Positions 41,102 through 49,317 of a stretch of DNA of 64,000 bases are shown here, piece by piece. The notes below the pieces were generated by a model that searched no databases, was not told the DNA's origin, and saw only the letters and a list, made by a program, of their open reading frames with translations. This DNA is from Candidatus Saccharimonadales bacterium. GTDB lineage: Bacteria > Patescibacteriota > Saccharimonadia > Saccharimonadales > UBA10212. The stretch lies in the NCBI GenBank assembly GCA_038245195.1, contig JBBRSU010000001.1:64121-128120 (forward strand). The letters are read 5' to 3'. A program made the position numbers and the translations under genes. Numbering within the stretch: the stretch's first letter is position 1; every line of letters begins with the position of its first letter.

Positions 41102-43005
41102 TGGCACTACCATTTGGTAAAAAAAATCCGGCACCGATTGATCCGATAGTCATGGAGAAGCAAGAGGTTGCGGCCGCGTTTGCCAAGGGGGTGACTGCAC
41201 TACGCGATTTTATTGCACCAAGCTCGCTACAATTTGACGGTAACTTCTTCCATCTAGGCACCCGCTATGCCAGGACCTACTATGTTTACGGCTACCCCCG
41301 CCAGCTATACACCGGCTGGTTATCGGGAATGGTTAACTTAGACGAAGTAATTGATTTATCAATGATTGTCCAGCCGGTTGATAGCCAAGTGGTACTTAAT
41401 AATTTACGCAAAAAAGTCAGCCAGCTGGAGGCCGGTATCCAGATTAACTCCGAAAAAGGCAAAGTACGCGACCCCGGTATGCAGGCCGCCGTGCAAGACG
41501 CTGAAGAACTACGCGACAAATTGCAGGTCGGCGAAGAGCGGTTTTTCCGCTTTGGTTTATATTTTACAATTTACGGTAATTCTTTGGAGGAGCTGGAGTT
41601 TATCAGCCATAAAGTTGAGAGTATGCTGGGCCAACAACTGGTTTATTCCAAGCCGGCCAGCTCCCAGCAAGAACAAGGCTTATCTAGTACAGTCCCTCAG
41701 TTTATGGACCAGCTACAGATTTACCGAAACATGAATACCGGTGCGATATCTACCACCTTTCCATTCACATCGGCCGATTTGACCCAAGACAACGGTATTT
41801 TATACGGCATTAATATGCATAACTCCGGTTTGGTTATTTTTGATAGATTTAGCCTAGAAAACGGCAACAGTGTGGTGTTCGCCAAGTCTGGTGCCGGCAA
41901 AAGCTTTACCGTAAAACTAGAAGCCCTGCGGTCAATGATGTTCGGCACTGAGGTATTTATCATCGACCCCGAAAACGAGTACCAAAAAATGTGCGAGGCC
42001 GTGGGTGGCGCCTATGTCCGGCTGAGCTTAAACTCGTCCACCAGAATAAACCCCTTCGATCTACCCCAAGTAATCGATAACGACGAAGCCGACAACGCAC
42101 TCCGTTCAAACCTAATAACACTTCACGGATTGCTTCGCCTGATGATGGGCGGTGCCCAGGCCCAAATGCTCCAAGGTGGGGTTACCACTATGCCAGCACT
42201 GAACCCGGCCGAAGAAGCCGACTTAGATGCTGCTTTAATTGAAACTTACGCTAAAGCCGGTATTACCAACGACCCACTTACCCACGGCTCAACTCCTCCA
42301 ACCATTAGCGACCTATACGACACGCTGCTTCATATGGGTGGCACCGGCCCACAGCTAGCCCAACGTTTGCGTAAGTATACTTCAGGAACATTTGCGGGCA
42401 TCTTCAGCCAGCAAAGCAATGTGAATGTGAATAACCCAATGGTAGTATTCAATATTCGAGACCTTGAGGATGAACTACGACCCGTAGCAATGTATATTGT
42501 GCTGAATCATATTTGGAATCGAACTAAGATCGATAAAAAACGGCGTATGTTAATCGTCGATGAAGCCTGGCAACTAATGCGCTATGAAGACAGTGCCAAC
42601 TTTATGTTTAGTATTGCGAAGCGGGCCAGGAAATATAACTTAGGCTTAACTACCATCACCCAAGACGTCGAAGATTTTATGGCCTCGCGGATGGGTAGGG
42701 CAATTGTGGCTAATGCCAGTATGCAATTCTTATTAAAACAATCGCCGTCAGCCGTTGATGTACTATCTGATGTGTTTAAGCTAACCAGCGAAGAGAAGAA
42801 ACGCCTCAGCCAATTCCCGGTTGGCCAAGGGTTGTTCTTTGCTGGCCAAAACCATGTGCACATTCAGGTTATCGCCAGCCCCACCGAAAACGAGCTGATC
42901 GCAACAAACCCCTCCCCTACGAAACCAGCACTGCAGGGCGAAGTTAATTTCCAGTCACAGTCGACCTCCGTTACGACACCGCCTTCTCAACAAGGTGCTG
43001 TATAG
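41101..43005 (+). CDS. virB4: VirB4-family T4SS ATPase
   Basis: YARTYYVYGYPRQLYTGWLSGM, Walker A KSGAGKSF (about 41881-41910), Walker B MLIVDEAW (about 42547-42570) and a TTITQDVEDF sensor-like motif. Confidence 0.88.
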   Translation: MALPFGKKNPAPIDPIVMEKQEVAAAFAKGVTALRDFIAPSSLQFDGNFFHLGTRYARTYYVYGYPRQLYTGWLSGMVNLDEVIDLSMIVQPVDSQVVLNNLRKKVSQLEAGIQINSEKGKVRDPGMQAAVQDAEELRDKLQVGEERFFRFGLYFTIYGNSLEELEFISHKVESMLGQQLVYSKPASSQQEQGLSSTVPQFMDQLQIYRNMNTGAISTTFPFTSADLTQDNGILYGINMHNSGLVIFDRFSLENGNSVVFAKSGAGKSFTVKLEALRSMMFGTEVFIIDPENEYQKMCEAVGGAYVRLSLNSSTRINPFDLPQVIDNDEADNALRSNLITLHGLLRLMMGGAQAQMLQGGVTTMPALNPAEEADLDAALIETYAKAGITNDPLTHGSTPPTISDLYDTLLHMGGTGPQLAQRLRKYTSGTFAGIFSQQSNVNVNNPMVVFNIRDLEDELRPVAMYIVLNHIWNRTKIDKKRRMLIVDEAWQLMRYEDSANFMFSIAKRARKYNLGLTTITQDVEDFMASRMGRAIVANASMQFLLKQSPSAVDVLSDVFKLTSEEKKRLSQFPVGQGLFFAGQNHVHIQVIASPTENELIATNPSPTKPALQGEVNFQSQSTSVTTPPSQQGAV

Positions 43006-43016
43006 GCTTGTAGCTT

Positions 43017-46000
43017 ATGGCCCAGGGGATAAGAAATAAAAAAAACGCTAACGAACTTGGCGACAAAAATAACCAGGAGGAATTAGTCTCCCCCGGAGAA
43101 GCTAAAGAGCTGCAACAGCTATTTAATTTACCTTCTGCTAGGTTGTCAGATAATAATTCAAACTCTACCGAATCGACTAACTCAGAAGATAGCGACAAAA
43201 AACTTACAAGAAATGATATAGAACAAGCTGAAGCCTCTGGAGGAGACCAGAGTGAAAATGCCTCTACGGAAACAGGCCCTACGGGGTCGCCCCAGGAGCA
43301 AGCATATGAGGACAGGGTCGGAAAGGGATATACGGGGGATAAAGGAAGTGCTTCAAATCGAGCTAGAAACTATAGAAGAATAGCCGCAGTTGGCGGTCTT
43401 ACTGGTGCAATTATTACGATAATGGTATTACTATTCAACTTTCTAAATGTATTTAAATTGGATGGGCTAATGTCAAATATCGAACAGAAGTCATTTTTGA
43501 GACACAACGCATCATTAAACACTCGCTCGAGTAAGTGGATATCGGCCTATGTCGAAGCACGAATGATGCAGTTCGGAGACAACCCAACTAAAAATCCTCT
43601 ATTCAGAAGTAATCGTGTTGATACTAACAGCCCTTTCACTGACTGGTATAGAACATTGCGTGCCTCTAACTTTGAACAAGATGTTTTTGAAAAACATGGT
43701 ATTAAGTTTACATCCTATTTTGATGCTAATGGTTCACCTAGACTCGGTAAAATTGATATAAGCGTCGCCGGCACAACGGACTCTATGAATCTAAAAATCC
43801 CGGATGGCGACCTTGAGGCAATAGCTAAAGGAGATCTGAAGGTTTTAAGTAATTATCAAGACTATTTTAATATGGAAAAGTTAGATAGCCATAAAGCAGG
43901 TCGACAGGCTATAAAAAAGGTTGTTAATGATAATACCCACTGGTCACAGGTATACAAACGAAGGTTTTTAAGAAGATCAATCCAGAACATGACCGGTGTT
44001 CGTAGTTGGCGTTTCTTTGAGAATACTCGTGATAAAATAACTGCTAAAAAACTCGATATTCGAAATAGGATTATCACTTACATGGTGCCGGATTCGAATG
44101 TTCTAGGTAGGGTAACTCGCTGCTTATTCGGGATTGATAATTGCACTCCAAGTCGTGACACGGCGGATCCAAAAGAACAGGTTAATGTTACTAGCGACGA
44201 ATTTGGGGCCCAGCAGCCGACTGATACGAGCACCCAAGCTCAAAAAGATGCCGAAAAAGCGCTAGCTACTGAATCAACTAAATTAGATGAAGCTGCTCTC
44301 TCGGAAACATTGCGAAATGTTTTGAAGAATGCAGGAATAATTAATCAGATTATTAACATCCCAAATACATTGGACATGTTTGCGAGTATAGACAAAGGAG
44401 TCCAGCACCTTGTGAAATACGTAGTTATCGCACGGGGCGCCCAAGCGGCCGGGCTTTTCCAGGTTTTTCAAACATCGCGAGACCAAATTAAAACTGGTCA
44501 AGTGAGCAGTGAAGAAGTTAACGCATTTATGCAGGGGATAGACACCGCGGGCAGTAGTGCCGCTTACAGCCAAGTTATAAGCGGTAACAGTACTACCCAG
44601 CCCGGTACCACTCAAAGCGGTGGTCAGTGCACACAAGCCGCTCAAGCCCTACAAGAGAAAGACCCCCAAGCTTATCTTAAGCAATTCAAAACGGACTATG
44701 CCCCGCTGTGTGCCGACCAGCAAATCGGTAGTGCCTCAAATGCTCAAAAAATTCAGGATGCCTATGATAATGGGCCTAAACAGGTGGTCCATCCAATAGT
44801 TGCATTATGGGAGTCAGCGAAAAGCAATGGATTCTTCGGGGCGATAATTAATGCCGTGGAGTGGTTCACGAATCATATATTTAATGCGTTGGCTAGTACG
44901 TTAAACGCTATCCTTGACATACTTGGGCTGAAGGGCGATTTTCAAGGTTTAGTAACTTGGGTTTTTACTAAAGTATCCAGTTTTCTTGGAGTTTCAATAT
45001 TAAAAGGTTATGAATCTGCTGGCACATTATTCAACTGGCTGGTCCAAGGTGGGGCATATTCAGCGGAATCGTCTAGCAGACAGGAGGGAGCCGCAGTGAC
45101 TAACACTGCAAGCCAAGCTAGTGCACAAAATACGATCGCACAATACATTACTGATAAGCGTACCCAGACCAGTCTTTACGATAAGTTGGCGTCACTTAAT
45201 AACCCTGATTCTCTTGCTTTCAAGGGAGCGACAATGCTAAGCAATACTAAAAGTGACCCTAGCACTGCTTTGATGGCGGGAATACACAGCTTATGGACTG
45301 GGGCTATTAAAAATATGGGAGCAATATTTAGTGGCCGACTTTTAGCAGCCTCGTCAAACGGATACGCCGCCAGTCAGTTTGCGGGCATAGAGACATATGA
45401 CTACCCCCAGAAGTGTTACGACCTAGACCCAATCACCGAGCAACCAATTGACGGCACGAATGCACCAGATATCTTACGACAGAATAATATTTCAGTACCT
45501 GAGTCACTTTATAATTGGGATACCGAACGAAGCTCAAGTATGTTTTATGCCGCGATTTATGCCGCCATTGGAGAAAACACGACAGATGGAGATAATATCG
45601 CAGTCCAGATTTATAACTGCAACCTACTTGATACCGCCGTTCGGGGCAGTCTTGGCTACTTATACGGCTACAATGCCGACGCTACATCTCAAGTTATTGA
45701 TAGTACGAACTCCACAAGCGGAGGCTCAGGCGGCACAACCCCAGGAGGTTGTGGAGGCAGTGGCAAATACTCCGCCATCGTAGATAACGGCGCAAGCTTC
45801 GCAGGCATTGACCAAGGCATTGATTTCACACCTCAGACCAGTGCCGGTTTTAATATTTGTGCACCGGGTCCCGGCACAATAACGCTTGCTGACCAAACCG
45901 GTCACAAGTTTGAAAAAACTGATGGGACGGCCGAGATAATAGAAAGGCTGGATGCACCTCCAGGCCCGATACCAAGCATCAGTCGCCAATTTATATATTA

Positions 46001-46196
46001 TGCAGAAATTATTCAGCTTGATGGGGCGATAAAAGTCGGCGCCCATGTCGCTAAGGGTGATCTGATAGGACACAATAATAAAAGCCCGGGGATAGAGGTT
46101 GGCTGGGCTCCTAGTGCAACAGCCGGCTTTGGCTGCTCCGTAGGTGGACAAACGGCATGCGGAACTGATTTCAATGATTGGGTCCAGGTGCAGTAG
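43017..46196 (+). CDS. large membrane-anchored extracytoplasmic protein with C-terminal LytM/M23-like (non-canonical) domain
   Basis: Single TM (IAAVGGLTGAIITIMVLLFNFL) after a cytoplasmic N-tail of about 120 aa. The C-terminus IDQGIDF...PGPGTIT...GDLIGH...GIEVGWAP is paralogous to the C-terminus of the next gene. Confidence 0.55.
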   Translation: MAQGIRNKKNANELGDKNNQEELVSPGEAKELQQLFNLPSARLSDNNSNSTESTNSEDSDKKLTRNDIEQAEASGGDQSENASTETGPTGSPQEQAYEDRVGKGYTGDKGSASNRARNYRRIAAVGGLTGAIITIMVLLFNFLNVFKLDGLMSNIEQKSFLRHNASLNTRSSKWISAYVEARMMQFGDNPTKNPLFRSNRVDTNSPFTDWYRTLRASNFEQDVFEKHGIKFTSYFDANGSPRLGKIDISVAGTTDSMNLKIPDGDLEAIAKGDLKVLSNYQDYFNMEKLDSHKAGRQAIKKVVNDNTHWSQVYKRRFLRRSIQNMTGVRSWRFFENTRDKITAKKLDIRNRIITYMVPDSNVLGRVTRCLFGIDNCTPSRDTADPKEQVNVTSDEFGAQQPTDTSTQAQKDAEKALATESTKLDEAALSETLRNVLKNAGIINQIINIPNTLDMFASIDKGVQHLVKYVVIARGAQAAGLFQVFQTSRDQIKTGQVSSEEVNAFMQGIDTAGSSAAYSQVISGNSTTQPGTTQSGGQCTQAAQALQEKDPQAYLKQFKTDYAPLCADQQIGSASNAQKIQDAYDNGPKQVVHPIVALWESAKSNGFFGAIINAVEWFTNHIFNALASTLNAILDILGLKGDFQGLVTWVFTKVSSFLGVSILKGYESAGTLFNWLVQGGAYSAESSSRQEGAAVTNTASQASAQNTIAQYITDKRTQTSLYDKLASLNNPDSLAFKGATMLSNTKSDPSTALMAGIHSLWTGAIKNMGAIFSGRLLAASSNGYAASQFAGIETYDYPQKCYDLDPITEQPIDGTNAPDILRQNNISVPESLYNWDTERSSSMFYAAIYAAIGENTTDGDNIAVQIYNCNLLDTAVRGSLGYLYGYNADATSQVIDSTNSTSGGSGGTTPGGCGGSGKYSAIVDNGASFAGIDQGIDFTPQTSAGFNICAPGPGTITLADQTGHKFEKTDGTAEIIERLDAPPGPIPSISRQFIYYAEIIQLDGAIKVGAHVAKGDLIGHNNKSPGIEVGWAPSATAGFGCSVGGQTACGTDFNDWVQVQ

Positions 46197-47519
46197 ATGT
46201 TTAAGCTTTTGGATAAATCGAAGAGGTTAAAGCTTGATAACTCATTGTTTATATTAGTGGCTTGCATTATCTTCCTTGGTCCCGTTAGAGTGAGTTTTGC
46301 TGCTACTTTACCTAGTGATGACACCAATAGTATTTATAATGACACGGTTTGGTACGACCCTAGCAATAGCGTCAGCAATAGCTCGGCATATGACTGTTCT
46401 ACCACCTATGGTTCTGTGTCGACCACCCAAGCCCAATCAGATATTATTAAGATCATAATCGGCATTGCTAAAACAGATAATCTTGGCAAGACTGGAGCTG
46501 TAATCGGCCTGATGGCTGGCGATGATGAGTCGGGTTTTAAAATATTAGCAAATTCCAATGTGCCAGTTTCACTTAGTATCCCCAACCAGGGGGTTGGGAG
46601 TAACGGAAACTCAGTGGGAGTCTTCCAGCAGCAGCCAAATTACGGATGGAGCACTATAGACACCGGAACTTCTGCGCTTACCAATCGCGCAGCTCTTGCA
46701 CAGCTAATGGATCCCGCCTATTCAGCTGAGGCATTTTTTGGAAGCCCCGCGGGTTCCAACGCACCGAGTGCTCTTAGTAAAGGATTACAGAATATTAACT
46801 GGAAATCAATGAGCCCCGCTGAAGCGGCTTCGACAGTACAAGGTAACCTCGCTGGTGCATCGGTTTATGCCAATTTTCAAGCGGACGCCGAAGCATTTGT
46901 GAACCAATACTGGGACTCCAGCCCGGCGGTACCTTTACCCGTACCCCTAAATAATACTGGCACTCCGGGCACTGACATATCTGGGGCTCAGCTATGTTCT
47001 GGGAGTACCCCACTTGGTACCTATAAAAATCCGTTTCGTGCGATTCAGCAAGCGGGAAAACTTAGAGCGGAACGAATCGATGAAGGCGTAGACTATGGTG
47101 GCGAAGGCCCAGTATATGCACTAGGCGATGGAAAAATTACAAACCTTACTAACTCCGGATGGAATTTTGGTGGCTATGATGCATTCGTAGGAGAGCTGTT
47201 AACTAGTGGCCCGGCTAAGGGTTTGTATGTATATATGGCTGAGGCCTGCGTACCTAGAGCAAGCCTACAGATTGGGGATGTCGTAAATGCGGATACAATT
47301 ATCTGCGATATGATAAATCCTACGGATACTGGGATTGAGACGGGTTGGGCAGCACCTCCAGGTGTCGGTGCTGCAATAGCTAACGGCCAATACGACAAAG
47401 GAGCTACAGCATATGGTGTTAATTATAATCAGCTCCTAGTAAAACTGGGAGCTCCCTCGGGGATTAATGAAACTAATTCAGTAACGGGAACCCTGCCAAC
47501 CGGCTGGCCGAAATGGTAG
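46197..47519 (+). CDS. secreted cell-wall hydrolase-like protein: lytic-transglycosylase-like N-domain + LytM/M23-like (non-canonical) C-domain (VirB1/PrgK analog)
   Basis: Signal/anchor. The DDESGF ... VGVFQQQP ... AYSAEAFF spacing recalls the SLT motifs E-S / GLMQ / AY. The C-terminus is IDEGVDYGGEGPVYALGDGKIT...GIETGWAAP. Confidence 0.55.
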   Translation: MFKLLDKSKRLKLDNSLFILVACIIFLGPVRVSFAATLPSDDTNSIYNDTVWYDPSNSVSNSSAYDCSTTYGSVSTTQAQSDIIKIIIGIAKTDNLGKTGAVIGLMAGDDESGFKILANSNVPVSLSIPNQGVGSNGNSVGVFQQQPNYGWSTIDTGTSALTNRAALAQLMDPAYSAEAFFGSPAGSNAPSALSKGLQNINWKSMSPAEAASTVQGNLAGASVYANFQADAEAFVNQYWDSSPAVPLPVPLNNTGTPGTDISGAQLCSGSTPLGTYKNPFRAIQQAGKLRAERIDEGVDYGGEGPVYALGDGKITNLTNSGWNFGGYDAFVGELLTSGPAKGLYVYMAEACVPRASLQIGDVVNADTIICDMINPTDTGIETGWAAPPGVGAAIANGQYDKGATAYGVNYNQLLVKLGAPSGINETNSVTGTLPTGWPKW

Positions 47520-47522
47520 CAT

Positions 47523-48233
47523 ATGGATAAATCTATGGAACATGTAAAGAATATGAATATAAAGCGGGTGGGACTACTGGTATTACTATTACTGCTAGGC
47601 TGGGGTGTTTTTATATTTTATGAAAACCTGCATTTCAGGATTATCAGTACATCACCAGGCCCAAATCAAATGAGTATCTGGACCCCGATCTTTAAGATCG
47701 AGCTGAATAAGCCAGTTTCAAATTCCGGCACTTCAATTACAGTGAGCCCGGACATAATCTACAATCATAAGGTGACGGTTTCGGGTAAAACAGTTACTGT
47801 TTATTTAAATGTCCCCCTCGATAGTACGAAAACCTACACAATTGATATCCATAACATCACTTCGACTAGTGGACAGAAAATCACCGACAAACATTTCACC
47901 TTCAATCCTATACAAAATGACAGGGGAAACCTACCAGACGATCAAAGGGAAGAGTTGATCCGACGCAATCAACAATCGGATATATATAGCGACCCGATAC
48001 TAGCTAATTTGCCATATCGCAACGTTGACTTTAGCTTAGTGAGCTCATTTGGTACTTCCAATAATAATCAGCCCTCGTTAAATCTCCAGGCACAGTTATT
48101 GATACATGCAGCCCAGTCTGGAGATAAGGCTGCTGCTGTTGCTTCCGGTAAGCAGGAAGTAGTTGATTATATAACATCGCTCGGCTTGGATCCTAATAAA
48201 TACAAGATACGATATACGATACTCGGGCCATAA
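47523..48233 (+). CDS. membrane-anchored protein with Ig-like (SbsA/Big-like) domain, last gene of the T4SS operon
   Basis: N-terminal TM (VGLLVLLLLLGWGVFIF). The beta-rich segment SITVSPDIIYNHKVTVSGKTVTVYLNVPLDSTKTYTIDIHNITSTSG resembles bacterial Ig-like domains. Confidence 0.45.
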   Translation: MDKSMEHVKNMNIKRVGLLVLLLLLGWGVFIFYENLHFRIISTSPGPNQMSIWTPIFKIELNKPVSNSGTSITVSPDIIYNHKVTVSGKTVTVYLNVPLDSTKTYTIDIHNITSTSGQKITDKHFTFNPIQNDRGNLPDDQREELIRRNQQSDIYSDPILANLPYRNVDFSLVSSFGTSNNNQPSLNLQAQLLIHAAQSGDKAAAVASGKQEVVDYITSLGLDPNKYKIRYTILGP

Positions 48234-48243
48234 ATTATATTTT

Positions 48244-49284
48244 TTATAAAGGGATGAGGTTGTGGGCTTCGGAGAAGTATTCTAGGACGGCTTCGGCGTC
48301 GGTGGTGGTGATAATTGTTTGGTAGTTTCTTAAACTAGCTACAAGGGCCCGGCGTCGGGAGCCGTCTAGTTCGGAAAAAACATCATCCAGTAAAAAAATT
48401 GGTTTTTGGTTGCGGGCATTTTCTATTAAACCTAACTCGAAGATTTTTAGTGCCAGTAGCAGGCTGCGGGTTTCACCGCGTGATGCACTTTGGCTGACTA
48501 GCTGGCCGTTAAGACTAAATAAAAAATCTTCACGGTGCGGCCCGTAGGCCGTAAAGCCACGCTCAAAATCGGCGGGCGCATGGTCCTCCAACTTCGATAA
48601 CAATCGGCTAGCATAATTGTTCACTGGGAACTGGCTGTCGTATTTAAGCTCAACTTTAGACTTATGTTTGGCGATCTGGCTATAGTTTTTGGCGAGCGTC
48701 TTATTAATTTCATCAGCTAGGTCCTGACGAGCTAAAGCAATTTGGGAACCTAGTTGGCTGAGCCGGACATCCCACGCAAACAGCTGCTGGACGGCCTGGC
48801 GACGTTTGTACTTAAGCAAAGCGTTGCGTTGAGCCAAGGTGCGTTTGTAGCCAGCCGACAAGCTCTTAAAAGCCGGTAGGCTGCGTTCCAGTAAGTCATC
48901 GAAGTACTCACGGCGTTGGTCTGGCCCCCGAGTCATAAGTTGCAAATGGTTTGGCTCAAAGTAAACTACCGGCACCGTTTTTTCTAGACTAAGCCGCTTA
49001 TATGGATTATCGTCAATGATAAAACTTTTGGCCGAAGGTTCAATCTTGGCCGTTCTGGTATGTTTTTCAAATGCTCCTTCCAGTCGGGCCCAGGGCTTAT
49101 CAAATTTAATCAGCTCAGCATCGCGGGCTCGGTATGAGCTAGCCCTGCACAGCACTAAGACTGCTTCTAAAAGATTCGTTTTCCCGCTGGCATTTGGCCC
49201 AACCACAATATTAACGCCTGGGTCGAATTCAAAAGACTCATCTGAGTAAGACCGGAAGTTCTGGAGCCTAAGTGATGTAATCAT
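48244..49284 (-). CDS. recF: DNA replication and repair protein RecF
   Basis: LRLQNFRSY, Walker A GPNASGKTNLLEA, an SGGE-like signature and LLDDVFSELD Walker B. Confidence 0.93.
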   Translation of the reverse strand: MITSLRLQNFRSYSDESFEFDPGVNIVVGPNASGKTNLLEAVLVLCRASSYRARDAELIKFDKPWARLEGAFEKHTRTAKIEPSAKSFIIDDNPYKRLSLEKTVPVVYFEPNHLQLMTRGPDQRREYFDDLLERSLPAFKSLSAGYKRTLAQRNALLKYKRRQAVQQLFAWDVRLSQLGSQIALARQDLADEINKTLAKNYSQIAKHKSKVELKYDSQFPVNNYASRLLSKLEDHAPADFERGFTAYGPHREDFLFSLNGQLVSQSASRGETRSLLLALKIFELGLIENARNQKPIFLLDDVFSELDGSRRRALVASLRNYQTIITTTDAEAVLEYFSEAHNLIPL

Positions 49285-49317
49285 TAGCCCTAGCTTACAG
49301 CTTTAGCCAAAGGGGTT

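Noticed and set aside
31595-48233. Integrative conjugative element or plasmid remnant
   Set aside because: There is no integrase, relaxase, coupling protein, flanking direct repeats or tRNA-adjacent junction. The locus is flanked by core genes and the origin, so it is treated as a chromosomal T4SS-like system.
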